From positions 1,013,785 to 1,077,784 of the forward strand of contig OZ253584.1 of the NCBI GenBank assembly GCA_965263165.1: a DNA stretch of 64,000 bases, given 5' to 3'. Shown here in pieces: positions 38,435-48,998 of the stretch. The notes below the pieces were generated by a model, which saw only the letters and a list, made by a program, of their open reading frames with translations, searched no databases and was not told the DNA's origin. How positions within the stretch are numbered: position 1 is the stretch's first letter; each line of letters opens with the position of its first letter. Made by a program: the position numbers and the translations under genes. This DNA is from Dehalococcoidia bacterium (GTDB taxonomy: Bacteria; Chloroflexota; Dehalococcoidia; Lucifugimonadales; SAR202-VII-2).

Positions 38435-39805
38435 ATGCGGACTCAAGCAAAAATATCCATCGCCTTTCTTTTTGTCGCCATCATCGGCTCGATTGTGGCG
38501 GCCTGCAGCGCCCCTGAGCCTACGCCCGATCCGATCCACGCGCCTACTCCGGCTCCAACCTGGACGCCTACTCCCACTCCGACTCCGGTTCCAACCTGGA
38601 CGCCTACGCCTACGCCCACTCCCGACCCTACCGCTACTCCTCTGCCTGCGCCAACTGCGACGCCTACGCCTACGCCTACTCCGACCGCTATGCCTACGCC
38701 TACGCCGACTCCAACCCCGACCGCTACGCCTACTCCTACTCCTACTCCTACTCCAACCCCGACTCCAACCCCGACCGCTACGCCTACGCCCACTCCCGAC
38801 CCGAGCGGCCGCTGGCAAATTGGAACGCATGAGGACGTACTGACCGGAGGCCGCTTGCCTGCAGCCAACCTCAGCCCTGTTGGCGCTAGCGACGGTGGAA
38901 CTACACTGACAGTGCGCTGTACGAGTGGGAACGAGTTGGCTGTATCCATCAATTGGGAAGAATTTGCCTTTGTAATAGGCACTTACAGCGATCCCAGAAA
39001 AGCTCCTGTCCGATATTCCCTGGACGGGACTGAACATTTAGGCTGGTGGTCAATTGTAGACTACGATAAGTCTCTGGTTCCGCCAGAAGATTTGCAAACA
39101 GTGTTAACTCAATTGTTAGACGCCACAGTCGCGGGGTTTCAAGTCTACGACTATAACGACTGGGACTCCGCGGCCAATCCAGAGGCATGGGCCAGGTTCG
39201 AGGTTTCAGGGCTGAAATGGGTGATGAGCCAGTTGCCGTGCTCAGTGTCCCCAAAGTGGGTTACTCTGTCTGCCGCCAAGGCAGCGTTGACCAGAGTTGA
39301 GGTCCACGACGCTGGGGGGTCTGGCGTGGTGGTAAAGGAAGGCGACGGTCGCTCTCAGATAATCACTGCTTGGCACGTAGTTGAATCCTACTGTACCGAC
39401 GTTGGACAGTGTGTCGGCGTCAGCGTTGTACATGACGGTAAAAGGCATCATGCTCGATTGCTAAGGCACAACGCGCAAGAGGATATTGCGCTGCTAAGCA
39501 TAGAGGTCGAACTACCGGTAATTCCACTGGCGACTGAAACTCCATCGCTGGAAAGCCCCGTAACAAACATCGGACTACCTGGAGGGGAATATGATTTCCA
39601 ATACAACGAGGGAATCATAGTCGGCTACGATGGTTGCTCGTTCAGTGCCTGTCTGCGAACGAATGCCAAAGCATGGTCCGGCTTCAGCGGCGGGGCGCTC
39701 ATTAATGAAAATGGCGAGCTAGTAGGCGTCATCAGTGAGGGTTGGAGGGGCTCATACTACTCAAACGCAGTGAGTGTGGCTGCGGTCAAGCGTTTGCTGG
39801 AATAA
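38435..39805 (+). CDS. Lipoprotein with long Pro/Thr stalk, a middle domain and a C-terminal trypsin-like serine protease domain
   Basis: Lipobox IVAAC; about 100 aa of PT repeats; triad candidates ITAWHVV (His), DIALL (Asp), GFSGGAL (Ser). Confidence 0.85.
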   Translation: MRTQAKISIAFLFVAIIGSIVAACSAPEPTPDPIHAPTPAPTWTPTPTPTPVPTWTPTPTPTPDPTATPLPAPTATPTPTPTPTAMPTPTPTPTPTATPTPTPTPTPTPTPTPTATPTPTPDPSGRWQIGTHEDVLTGGRLPAANLSPVGASDGGTTLTVRCTSGNELAVSINWEEFAFVIGTYSDPRKAPVRYSLDGTEHLGWWSIVDYDKSLVPPEDLQTVLTQLLDATVAGFQVYDYNDWDSAANPEAWARFEVSGLKWVMSQLPCSVSPKWVTLSAAKAALTRVEVHDAGGSGVVVKEGDGRSQIITAWHVVESYCTDVGQCVGVSVVHDGKRHHARLLRHNAQEDIALLSIEVELPVIPLATETPSLESPVTNIGLPGGEYDFQYNEGIIVGYDGCSFSACLRTNAKAWSGFSGGALINENGELVGVISEGWRGSYYSNAVSVAAVKRLLE

Positions 39806-40442
39806 CCGACTCCCCCCTCCAGCGCCCCCCCAGCCAGTCGCGTAGCCCCCTTTACAAAAGCAACTCCGCCCCGCCGTCCTCGCTACGTCGGAGAGGCCCG
39901 CCAGCCAGAGGCCCGGGGCCGACGATGGCAAACGACGTCCGCCACCAGCGCGATGCGGTTGGACGCCGCGGGCGCGCATCGCTCCCACACAACCCCTCCT
40001 GTCGTAGCCCTTGTCCGCGCCGATGGTCTGGGGGGAGACGCACCGGCCAACGACTTGGCCGAGCTTGGCCTGCCGCTCTGCGACGGCTGAAGCCGGGCGG
40101 CCTCTCCGTAGCGCGCGTGTAGTGCGAACGTCTGTTTGGGGTTACAATGGGGGAAAGCGCGTTGACATCAATCGGGCCACCAGCAGCAACGGGATCGGGT
40201 TCAATCTTGGGTGCGCTCTTCCTGGTTTGGTAATCAATCCAGATCGCCCCGAGATGATCTCTCAGGAGCATTCAGGCCTCGCGGCAGTGGTTCCTATCGA
40301 TGCAATGCAGGAGGCTACCTCTCGCGGTATTGCGGCCAGCAACTATGTGCAGGACGCGACGCCTCAGCGTCTGAGGTCAGATACAGAGTGGGATGGGGCC
40401 CATGGCCACTGTCACCAAGGCCGCCACCGCGGGAAATCCGCC

Positions 40443-41066
40443 ATTATATAAGAGGGAATTGGAAATAGACCGCCAAACCATTCCCTTATAGGGGGTTGGG
40501 GGGGTAGTCGATGTGAGGCCAACGGATGCCGCCACTCCTCTATGACCCGCCCGAGCTGCACGAGGACGCCGCTAGGGTAGACCCGCCCATGTCCGCATGG
40601 CCCGGCGCCATGCGGACGCCACAGGATGTGATGGCGGCGTGCGGCGACTGCTGAGACTGGTTCCGGTATGGGCCCCGCTACGAGGCGTATCTCCGGTGCT
40701 GGAATGAGTGGGCGGGCGCGCCCGCCTCGCCCGCCTCCCGTTCATACCAGGGATGGTGGTGGTGGCACCTTTGAAACCCTGCATATTATATAAGAGGGAA
40801 TGGGAAATAGACCGCCAAACCATCCCCTTATAGGGGGATGGGGGTTGGTCGATGTGAGGCCAACGGATGCCGCCACTCCTCTATGACCCGCCCGAGCTGC
40901 ACGAGGACGCCGCTAGGGTAGACCCGCCCATGTCCGCATGGCCCGGCGCCATGCGGACGCCACAGGATGTGTGATGGCGGCGTGCGGTACCCCCGCGACC
41001 GGTTCCGGTGTGGGCGCCGCTACGAGGCGTATCTCCGGTGCTGGAATGAGTGGGCGGGCGCGCCCG
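40443..41066 (+). repeat. Tandem direct duplication, period 342 bp (40443-40724 and 40785-41066)
   Basis: Both copies run ATTATATAAGAGGGAAT...GTCGATGTGAGGCCAACGGATGCCGCC...GGAATGAGTGGGCGGGCGCGCCCG. Each contains an 11-bp hairpin GTCCGCATGGC/GCCATGCGGAC. Confidence 0.92.
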
Positions 41067-41344
41067 ATGTGAGCGGGCGCGCCACTACCCAAAGAGCCGC
41101 CCCGGCAACCGCCAACGCTTTCCTGACCAAGGCTCTCCCTCCCTTTTACCCTCTACCGCGCTCCACTCCCCGGCCGCCATCGGATCAGCCGGCGAAGTAG
41201 ATCCTGACGACCGCTATCGCCTCTTCCTTGCTCATGACGCCATTGAAGTAGTCGACGGCCGCCGCAACGGCCTCGTCCCGGTCGATGGCCTTGGACGGCA
41301 CTGGAATTAGACTGGGCAACCACTTATGTCTTACGCTACTGACT

Positions 41345-42487
41345 ATGCAGATGAGCCAGATCGAGCTAGTTAGCACGGGATCACGCCTAGCCGAAGTCGT
41401 CGATCATATATCGAGGACGCCACGAGTCGCAGTCGACATCGAGTCGAACGGGTTCTTCAGATATCACGAGCGCGTCTGCCTCGTGCAACTCGCATCAGCC
41501 GAGACCGCCTTCCTCGTCGATCCGCTGGCGATAGACGATCTCCGACCGCTTGGTGACCTTCTCGGTGACCGATCGGTGGAGAAGGTCTTCCATGCCGCCG
41601 ACTACGACCTCCGTAGCCTTGACAGGGACTGGGGATTCCGGGTAAACAATTTGTTCGACACCGGTATTGCCGCCGCCTTCGTTGGCTCCGAGCATCTGGG
41701 CTTGCAGTCTGTAGTGGAGGAGCACGCGGGGGTGAAGTTGGCCAAGCTCCGGAGACTCCAGCGGTCAGACTGGACGATGCGGCCTTTAACTCCTGAAGCG
41801 CTGAAGTACGCAGCAGACGACGTTCTACACCTTCTGCAGGTCCGCGAAGCACTATCGGCACGGCTAAAGGAGCTATCGCGGTTCGCATGGGCGAAAGAGG
41901 AGTTCGCGCGTCTGGAGAACGTGCGGCATACGCCTCCCGACCGCGAGCTGGCCTTCCTTTCGATCACGGGTAGCCATGACCTGGATGGCAGGAGTTTGGC
42001 TGTCCTGCGCTCCCTGTTCCAATTTCGCGAACAAGAGGCCATCCGTCTCGATCGTCCGTTCTTCAAGGTGATATCGGATTCTGCACTGGTCAAGCTGTCG
42101 TCCGAGCCCGTGGCCGATCTCTCGGCCGTCAAAGGGCTGGGTCGGTTCGGACGTCCGCCTGCCGACAGAGGCCTGAAAGCCGCAATCGAAGAAGGGCTCA
42201 GGTCTCGCCCCGTGACTTGCCCGAAGCGGACGCGGAGTGAAAAGACATGGAGTCCCGCTGAGCGAGAGAGGGTCAGGACTCGCTTTCGGAGTCTCAAGAC
42301 GTGGCGCAGCGAGTTAGGCAGAGAACTGCGATTGGACCCAAGTCTATTGTGGCCGGCTGTGAGCCTGGAGCGCCTGGCTCGGTGGCCCTGTAGCCTGCAC
42401 TCCGAAGTCGTTAGTCCTAAGGTCCGGAGCTGGCAGGAGCGTGAGTTTGCCGGGGCGCTGAGGAGAGTTCTCGCAACTCTGAGTTGA
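41345..42487 (+). CDS. rnd: Ribonuclease D-like 3'-5' exonuclease with HRDC domain (start approximate)
   Basis: DEDDy motifs VAVDIES, FHAADYD, FDT, YAADD; C-terminal region REQEAIRLDRPFFKVISD. Confidence 0.88.
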   Translation: MQMSQIELVSTGSRLAEVVDHISRTPRVAVDIESNGFFRYHERVCLVQLASAETAFLVDPLAIDDLRPLGDLLGDRSVEKVFHAADYDLRSLDRDWGFRVNNLFDTGIAAAFVGSEHLGLQSVVEEHAGVKLAKLRRLQRSDWTMRPLTPEALKYAADDVLHLLQVREALSARLKELSRFAWAKEEFARLENVRHTPPDRELAFLSITGSHDLDGRSLAVLRSLFQFREQEAIRLDRPFFKVISDSALVKLSSEPVADLSAVKGLGRFGRPPADRGLKAAIEEGLRSRPVTCPKRTRSEKTWSPAERERVRTRFRSLKTWRSELGRELRLDPSLLWPAVSLERLARWPCSLHSEVVSPKVRSWQEREFAGALRRVLATLS

Positions 42488-42579
42488 GCTGTTCCAGGCC
42501 ACCAAACCGGACAAATCAAGAGCCTTCACGTTGAGGTTCCGGCTGGTCCTGTAGGGAAGGGCTGACCTCCCACGCGAAC

Positions 42580-45500
42580 TCAGGCGGCTACCCAGCCCTC
42601 CGACAGAACCTCGGCCTGCTCAAGGACGGTTATTGTCGCCTTCTCCTGCTTGTCGGGCGGGTAACCGTGCTTGCGCAGGATGCGTTTGACCAGCGCCCGT
42701 AGCTTGGCGCGGACGTTCTCCCGCAGCGTCCAGTCGATAGTGACGTTGTTCCGCACGGTGTCGACCAGCTCGCGGGCTATGGCGTGAAGGGTCTCGTCGC
42801 CCAGCACCTGCACCGCGCTGTCGTTGGTTTCCAGCGCGTCGTAGAAGGCCAACTCGTCCTCGCTCAAGCCCAGATGCTCACCGCGGGCGTTGGCCTCCCG
42901 CATGTCCTTCGCAAGCTGTATCAGCTCCTCGATGACCTGCGCCGCCTCGATCGCCCGGTTTTGGTAGCGCCGCAGCGTTTGCTCCAGCATCTCGGCGAAG
43001 GAGCGGGCCTGCACCACGTTCTTGCGGCGCCGGGTGTGCAACTCCCCCTTGAGCAGCTTCTGCAACAGCTCCACGGCGAGGTTGCGCTGAGGCATTCCCT
43101 GCACCTCGGCCAGGAACTCGTCGGAGAGCACCGAGATGTCCGGCTTGTCCAGTCCCGCGGCGGCGAAGATGTCCATCACGCCTTCGGACGCCACCGCCCG
43201 GGAGATTATCTGCCGCACGGCTAGGTCCAGATCCTCCTCGGCGCGGGCCTCTCCCGTTGCCCGCTTCGACAGCGCCGCCCTCACCGTCTGGAAGAATCCC
43301 ACGTCGTCCCGAATACGAAACGTCTCCGGGTGCGGCACGGCCAGGGCGAAGGCTTGCGACAGCTCGCGGACGGCGTTCAGGCAGCGTTCCTTGCCGTCCT
43401 CTTGGGCCAGGACGTGCTCTTGAGCGGGCGGCAGAAGTCCCAACCGTTCCTGTGCACCACCCGCAGTCCACTTGGACCTATCGAATCCGTGAAACAGGGC
43501 GCAGCACACCTCGTACTTCTCCAACATCACCGCAACCGCTTCCTCTTGGTCCAAGGCGGTGCGACCGGTGCCGCCGCTCTCGGTGTACGTGGCCAGGGCT
43601 TGCTTGAGGTCCTGGGCCAGCCCCAAGTAGTCCACCACCAAGCCGCCCGGCTTGTCCTTGAAGACCCGATTGACGCGGGCGATAGCCTGCATCAGCCCGT
43701 GTCCCCGCATCGGCTTGTCCACGTACATGGTGTGCAGGCTGGGCGCGTCGAACCCCGTGAGCCACATGTCCCGCACAAGCACAATCTGGAGTGGGTCGGC
43801 GGGATCGCGGAAGCGGTTCGCCAACGCCTCCCGACGAGCCTTGTTCCTGATGTGCGGCTGCCAGTCCAGTGGATCGGAGGCTGAGCCGGTCATCACCACC
43901 TTGACGCTTCCCTGGTCGTCATCGTCGTTGCGCCAGCCGGGGCGCAGGCGCACCAACTCCCGGTAGAGGTCGATGCAGATGCGCCGGCTCATGCAAACGA
44001 CCATCGCCTTGCCGTCCAGCGCCTCCAGCCGTTGCCCGAAGTGGGTCACGATGTCCTCGGCAATCTGCTTCACCCGCTTCTCCGCGCCGACGACGGCCTC
44101 CAACTGAGCCCATTTGGTCTTGAGCCTCTCCCTTCGCTCCACCTCCTCACCCTCGGTGGCCTCCTCGAACTCCGGGTCTATGTTCGGCCTCTCCTGCTCG
44201 TCCAGGGCCAGCTTGGCGAGGCGGCTCTCGTAGTAGATGGGCACCGTAGCCCCGTCCTCGACGGAACGTTGGATGTCGTAGATGCTGATGTAGTCTCCAA
44301 ACACGGCCCGCGTGTTGGCGTCCTGCAGCTCGATGGGCGTTCCCGTGAAGCCGACAAACGAGGCGTTGGGCAGGGCGTCCCGCATGTGACGGGCGTAGCC
44401 GTCGATGAAGTCGTACTGGCTGCGGTGGGCTTCGTCAGCGATGACCACGATGTTCCGCCGCCCCGAGAGGGTGGGGTGGGAATCGCCCTTCTCTTCGGGG
44501 AAGAACTTCTGGATGGTTGTGAAGACTATTCCCCCGGCGTTCACCGACAACTTGCTGCGCAGGTCGGCCCGACTCTCCGCCTGGGCTGGCGGCTGGCGCA
44601 GGAGGTCCTGGCAACGGGAGAACGTGCCGAAGAGCTGGTCGTCCAGGTCGTTGCGGTCCGTGAGGACCACGACGGTCGGGTTCTCCATGGCCGGCTCGCG
44701 GACAATGACCCCGGCGTAGAACGCCATGGTCAGGCTCTTGCCTGATCCTTGGGTATGCCACACCACCCCGATGCGTCGGTCGCCAAGCTCTCCGCCGGGT
44801 TTGTGGCTCGCCTCGTACCGCCCGCCCTCCTCGGCGATTCGGACTTCGGTGCGTTGCAGCTTCGCCGCCCGCAGGGTCTCATCCACCGCAACCTTGACGG
44901 CGTGGAACTGGTGATACCCGGACATCTTCTTGACCAGAGCGCCGCTGCCGTCGTCGTCGAAGACGATGAAGTCGCGGACCAGGGCGAGGAAGCGGCCCGG
45001 CTCAAAGACGCCCTCCAGCATCACCTGCAACTCGGTCATGCGAGTGTCAGCCAGCGTCTCCCCGGTTACGGTGCGCCAGGGCTTGAACCACTCCCGACCG
45101 GAGGTCAGCGCGCCGATACGGGCCTCGGTCCCGTCGGAGACCAGGAGCGCCTCGTTCATGGAGAACAGGGTTGGCAGCTCCGCCTTGTAGGTCTGGAGTT
45201 GCTGCCAGGCCGTCCAGATGGTGGCGTCCTCGTCCACAGGGTTCTTCAGCTCGATGACGCCTAGGGGCAGCCCGTTGACGAACAGCACGACGTCCGGCCT
45301 GCGGGTATTCCTATTCTCGGTGACGGTGAACTGGTTGACGGCCAGCCAGTCGTTGTTGGCGGGGTCGTCGAAGTCGATGACCTTCACCTGCGCTCCACGG
45401 ATGCGCCCCTCGCCGTCCCGGTGCTCCACTGTCACACCATCTACGAGCATCCGGTGGAAGGCGCGGTTGCGAGCTTCAAGCGTTGAACCTTCGGAGCGGG

Positions 45501-45723
45501 TGAGCTTGCGGAAGGCGTCGTCTAGCGCCGACGAAGGCAGGCTGGGGTTCAACTCGGCGAGGGAGTCCCGCAGCCGACGCTCCAGCACCACCTGCCCATA
45601 GTCGGAGCGCTCGGCGCCGGGCGTGTCCGGCGCAATGTCCGGGCCGTGCGCCACCTGCCAGCCGAGGCCCTCTAACCAGGCCAGGGCAGCCTGTTCGACG
45701 TCGGCTTCGGTGAGGGTGGTCAT
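42580..45723 (-). CDS. hsdR: Type I restriction endonuclease R subunit
   Basis: [20 protein letters not shown] nuclease motif, [40 protein letters not shown]. Confidence 0.98.
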   Translation of the reverse strand: MTTLTEADVEQAALAWLEGLGWQVAHGPDIAPDTPGAERSDYGQVVLERRLRDSLAELNPSLPSSALDDAFRKLTRSEGSTLEARNRAFHRMLVDGVTVEHRDGEGRIRGAQVKVIDFDDPANNDWLAVNQFTVTENRNTRRPDVVLFVNGLPLGVIELKNPVDEDATIWTAWQQLQTYKAELPTLFSMNEALLVSDGTEARIGALTSGREWFKPWRTVTGETLADTRMTELQVMLEGVFEPGRFLALVRDFIVFDDDGSGALVKKMSGYHQFHAVKVAVDETLRAAKLQRTEVRIAEEGGRYEASHKPGGELGDRRIGVVWHTQGSGKSLTMAFYAGVIVREPAMENPTVVVLTDRNDLDDQLFGTFSRCQDLLRQPPAQAESRADLRSKLSVNAGGIVFTTIQKFFPEEKGDSHPTLSGRRNIVVIADEAHRSQYDFIDGYARHMRDALPNASFVGFTGTPIELQDANTRAVFGDYISIYDIQRSVEDGATVPIYYESRLAKLALDEQERPNIDPEFEEATEGEEVERRERLKTKWAQLEAVVGAEKRVKQIAEDIVTHFGQRLEALDGKAMVVCMSRRICIDLYRELVRLRPGWRNDDDDQGSVKVVMTGSASDPLDWQPHIRNKARREALANRFRDPADPLQIVLVRDMWLTGFDAPSLHTMYVDKPMRGHGLMQAIARVNRVFKDKPGGLVVDYLGLAQDLKQALATYTESGGTGRTALDQEEAVAVMLEKYEVCCALFHGFDRSKWTAGGAQERLGLLPPAQEHVLAQEDGKERCLNAVRELSQAFALAVPHPETFRIRDDVGFFQTVRAALSKRATGEARAEEDLDLAVRQIISRAVASEGVMDIFAAAGLDKPDISVLSDEFLAEVQGMPQRNLAVELLQKLLKGELHTRRRKNVVQARSFAEMLEQTLRRYQNRAIEAAQVIEELIQLAKDMREANARGEHLGLSEDELAFYDALETNDSAVQVLGDETLHAIARELVDTVRNNVTIDWTLRENVRAKLRALVKRILRKHGYPPDKQEKATITVLEQAEVLSEGWVAA

Positions 45724-46052
45724 GGGGATACTCGTCGTTCGCCGCGGCGCTCATTGTGCATTACGTTTTCACGACAAGCGCTGTTGTGCATCATGACATG
45801 GCATGCTGTGATCTTCAAATCGCGTTGTCTTCGGTTGGTGGGACGCAACCTACTCGCTGCCTTCCGCCAGATGGAGGAGCCTGAGAAACACCAGGAGTAC
45901 TGACCGCCTCCCTCGGGCTTCACTCAGTACTGCCAACATATGTCTGTCGCACAGGACCCTTACGATCATGTAGGGTGGAACAGTCAACCGGCCTATCCGT
46001 CAGATTCTATCCAAGAAAGGGTGGATTGACTCGAATTCAGCGTAAGCCCTCG

Positions 46053-47201
46053 TTAGGTGTTTTCGTCCATATCATCCCCTTGCAGTTGAATCCAGACAGC
46101 TCCTCCGGGCGAACGAATCATTCGGCTATCGCCACTAATCCAGCCAAATGTATCAATCCCATTTTCATGAATAATGCCTACTTTCAAGTCTCCTAGTTGA
46201 AGCTCTCTTAATGAGTAACATCGTCTTTGGCCAAGGCGTGTATTGCAAACTGCGTGGCCCCAAGTCACTTTTTGAGGAATGTGGTGACCATCACTGTACA
46301 CCAACGGCTCCAAGTGAAAGAGGTTGACAATCGTTGATCTGGTTGTTCCCTCTATCTGCAGAGGGGCATTCTCGAGAGAACTCTCATCCTCAAAGGAAAC
46401 CATGTCATGTAGCTCATTGTACCGAACAAATCTCAGGCACAATGGACAGCAGGTCATTCCTCGTCGAACGGCACTAAGGTGTTCAAGTGCCTCCTCAGAT
46501 CCGAGGTCCTCTGACCCTAGTATCACGTGCAACTGCTCTGCTTGGTTCGTCGTGTACGGACTTCCCGATGTCTTTATGATTAGCCATGCAAGCACGCATT
46601 TGCATAAATAGTTGTCATTCATGTCGGCATACTCTGGCGCAAATACACCTTGTGGTGGACCTTCTTCTCGTTGTGGCTTAGCTCCCGTTCTTGGAAGTCG
46701 TAGCACGTAATGTCCATCATCGACTACTCCTTCACCACGGGCTGCAACCTCGCTGCCGTCCTTCAGAAGTCGTCGCGCATACCAATCCGGCATTGGAGGG
46801 AGTGATTCAAAACTCTCATGGCTTCTATACAACACAAAAGCGCTGTCTCCAACTCTGACTTCACTAGGCTGCAAGAATTCGTTTCTTGGTTCAAACTGTC
46901 CTATGAAGTATTGTTCAGGAAGCAAACGAATGATATACCCGTCGGCGAATCGCGATAGGTCCAAACCCGTGACTCGTTCGTAAGGGATAATCACTTGATT
47001 CGATCTGAGGACATGATTCTGATAGGCACCCTTCCTTCCGCCACGAGGAGTTGCGAAGCCTGCCTTGGAGAGTTTAGCCTTGTCCTTGTCGTCAAAGAAA
47101 TCCCATGCTTCCGTAGGATAAGGGTTGTGCCCACCGGCATGACCTGCGTTACGCCGACAGCCTCCCTGCCCACATAGAGTCATCTTTGAAGCGCTACCCA
47201 T
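46053..47201 (-). CDS. BstXI-like (HNH-type) Type II restriction endonuclease
   Basis: KAGFATPRGGRKGAYQNHV, GHYVLRL, EGPPQGVFAPEYA, LAWLIIKT, TCCPLC, NLFHLEPLVY, WGHAVCNTRLGQR; collinear with R.BstXI as remembered (not searched); RBS GGAGAGG; lower GC than its flanks. Confidence 0.8.
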   Translation of the reverse strand: MGSASKMTLCGQGGCRRNAGHAGGHNPYPTEAWDFFDDKDKAKLSKAGFATPRGGRKGAYQNHVLRSNQVIIPYERVTGLDLSRFADGYIIRLLPEQYFIGQFEPRNEFLQPSEVRVGDSAFVLYRSHESFESLPPMPDWYARRLLKDGSEVAARGEGVVDDGHYVLRLPRTGAKPQREEGPPQGVFAPEYADMNDNYLCKCVLAWLIIKTSGSPYTTNQAEQLHVILGSEDLGSEEALEHLSAVRRGMTCCPLCLRFVRYNELHDMVSFEDESSLENAPLQIEGTTRSTIVNLFHLEPLVYSDGHHIPQKVTWGHAVCNTRLGQRRCYSLRELQLGDLKVGIIHENGIDTFGWISGDSRMIRSPGGAVWIQLQGDDMDENT

Positions 47202-47234
47202 AGGCTACCTCTCCGCGAATGTTACCGGTTCGGC

Positions 47235-48572
47235 TCATTGCAATCTCGTTGCTCCTGATACCAGCTCAGTCAACAGCAAATCTCGCTCTGCGATCAGCAT
47301 ACGCGAAACGATTTCGTTGGCAACGATTCTGTTGTGGAGCACGGACGCGGAGTCATGCCACGCACTAAGCATGATTGGACTAGGTACTAGTATTGGAATC
47401 TGCCGGAAGTGGCTCTTGCTAATCTCCAAAAATGTAGACCCGTTAGCATGGTTCACTATCTCGTCGTGAAAGGCCTTGCACCAATGGAGCATGAACAGGT
47501 TTGAACTCCCCTTCCTCGGCGGCATGGCAATGAACCCCTGATTGATAGCTACTGGAACTTCAGTGACCGCTAGATAGCCAATAGGTGCCCGTGAGGAAAG
47601 GAGTAGTGTACCGGGAGGAAGGAGACCCGAACCTATCTGCCGCAAACCCTCATCAGTGATCAGACGCTCAGTATTCAGCAGCACCGGCGTGGATAGAGCC
47701 GAAAGGTCCTTGGGCGTCGCCCAGCAATGAATGCCTTCTTCCCAGTACTTGGCTACCTTGGTGCTGGGTGTAGTGCCTCCAACCACGTCCACCGCCACCC
47801 CTAACGGCTTCGCCTCCCACCCCTCCGGGATGTCTCCCAACTCCGACGGCACGAGGCGGTCTGGGAAGAGGGACCAGAGGGCCGACGGGAGGTAGGGGTC
47901 GCGGCCCTCCAACTTGGCGCAGACGGGGCCGAAGTCGACAAACCAGTCCTTGAACAGCGCCCGCGCCATCGCTTCCAGCGTCTCGTTCATGCGACGGTTC
48001 AGCTCGATCTTGTCGTCCAGCGTGCCGAGGACGTAGGCGATGGCTCGCTGCTCAGGGAGGGGTGGGAGGGAGAGGCATATCTCCTTAAGAGAGGATCCCG
48101 ATAGCTCAGGGAAAGTTGTACCAGAGCCACGCAACTCGAGCTCGCTGCTGTTAGCAATCAGCCAGTAGTAGAGGTACTCGGGGATGCAGCCGTCTCTCAA
48201 AATGAGACTTCGGAAGCCCTGATTGGTCGCTATCGGATTCTGTGCAATCGCTACGTATCCAATCGGAGCACGTGTTGTAAGCAGCACCGCTCCATGTGGA
48301 AGCAATTTAGCCGAGCAGATGTCAAGTCCCTTTTGAGATAGATTCCTCGCGCCGTGTGAAATGTAGCGATCGTGAGGGCCTGCAAGGTCTCTAGGGGTCA
48401 ACCACGGGACGTTTCCGTCGAAGTTGTCAGGGTCTCTCGTCGATGGGGTGCTACCGCCTACGACCTCCGCAATTTCCCCCAGCATCACCTCACGCCACTC
48501 GCTAGGCGGCGTCAGCTCGGCTCGCTCCTGTACTCCAGGGCGGCGGGTGGTCGCGTCCGTCCGGTCGGTCAT
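47235..48572 (-). CDS. hsdS: Type I R-M specificity subunit with two homologous TRDs
   Basis: TRD1 - central conserved region ([10 protein letters not shown]...LFKDWFVDF...IPEGW) - TRD2 architecture. Confidence 0.95.
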   Translation of the reverse strand: MTDRTDATTRRPGVQERAELTPPSEWREVMLGEIAEVVGGSTPSTRDPDNFDGNVPWLTPRDLAGPHDRYISHGARNLSQKGLDICSAKLLPHGAVLLTTRAPIGYVAIAQNPIATNQGFRSLILRDGCIPEYLYYWLIANSSELELRGSGTTFPELSGSSLKEICLSLPPLPEQRAIAYVLGTLDDKIELNRRMNETLEAMARALFKDWFVDFGPVCAKLEGRDPYLPSALWSLFPDRLVPSELGDIPEGWEAKPLGVAVDVVGGTTPSTKVAKYWEEGIHCWATPKDLSALSTPVLLNTERLITDEGLRQIGSGLLPPGTLLLSSRAPIGYLAVTEVPVAINQGFIAMPPRKGSSNLFMLHWCKAFHDEIVNHANGSTFLEISKSHFRQIPILVPSPIMLSAWHDSASVLHNRIVANEIVSRMLIAERDLLLTELVSGATRLQ

Positions 48573-48576
48573 CTGC

Positions 48577-48798
48577 CTAGGCCCTCGCAGCCGAAACTTC
48601 TACAACGTCGGCGGTGACCTGCGGCTCCGGGATGGATTCGCCGTCTTCACGCATCCCTTCGATGTGGAACTCAATGGCGTTCCGGATCTCCTCCAGTAGT
48701 TCCTCGCGGGTGCTGGCGGTAGCCACGCAGCCGGGCAGGTCCGGCACATAGGCCGCGTAATTGTTGGGACTCTTTTCAATCACGATGGTGTATTTCAC
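48577..48798 (-). CDS. hicB: HicB-family antitoxin
   Basis: From GTG: [33 protein letters not shown]...EDGESIPEP. Confidence 0.92.
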   Translation of the reverse strand: MKYTIVIEKSPNNYAAYVPDLPGCVATASTREELLEEIRNAIEFHIEGMREDGESIPEPQVTADVVEVSAARA

Positions 48799-48998
48799 GA
48801 CGCCGATTCCTCCTTCAGGCCGGACTGTTTCAATATGCTGTTCCACGTGCCTGGGGGCAAGTCATCCGCTGGCTTCCCAGGGACGGTCACGCGACCAGGT
48901 TTGAGTGGGTGCTTGAACTGGTGGTGGCTTCCCCTGGTTCGGATCAACCGCCATCCGTCCTCCTCTATCAATTGTATGGCCTCCCTAACCTTGGGCAT
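48795..48998 (-). CDS. hicA: HicA-family mRNA interferase toxin
   Basis: [16 protein letters not shown]...[10 protein letters not shown]...VTVPG...[12 protein letters not shown]; overlaps the hicB start by 4 nt. Confidence 0.93.
   Translation of the reverse strand: MPKVREAIQLIEEDGWRLIRTRGSHHQFKHPLKPGRVTVPGKPADDLPPGTWNSILKQSGLKEESAS

Noticed and set aside
37760-38800. Short tandem repeats (CCTACGCCTACT-type) that might be a CRISPR array
   Set aside because: They are in-frame Pro/Thr codon repeats in lipoprotein stalks, with no unique spacers and no cas genes.
39806-39860. C-rich tract as a fifth copy of the island motif
   Set aside because: Similarity is limited to G/C runs plus AGTCG; the AT-rich core is absent.
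40651-40654. In-frame TGA after CGDC as selenocysteine
   Set aside because: The sister copy differs here and is frameshifted, no SECIS-like hairpin could be supported, and the island has many inactivating lesions.
40443-41066. Island repeats as a CRISPR or integron attC array
   Set aside because: Only two long units with near-identical interiors, no spacer diversity, no attC R/L box pattern, and the integrase is P4-like rather than IntI-like.
45724-46052. Possible controller (C) gene or operator between the REase and hsdR
   Set aside because: No HTH ORF; only short TTGTGCAT and AGTACTGA repeats, too weak to call.
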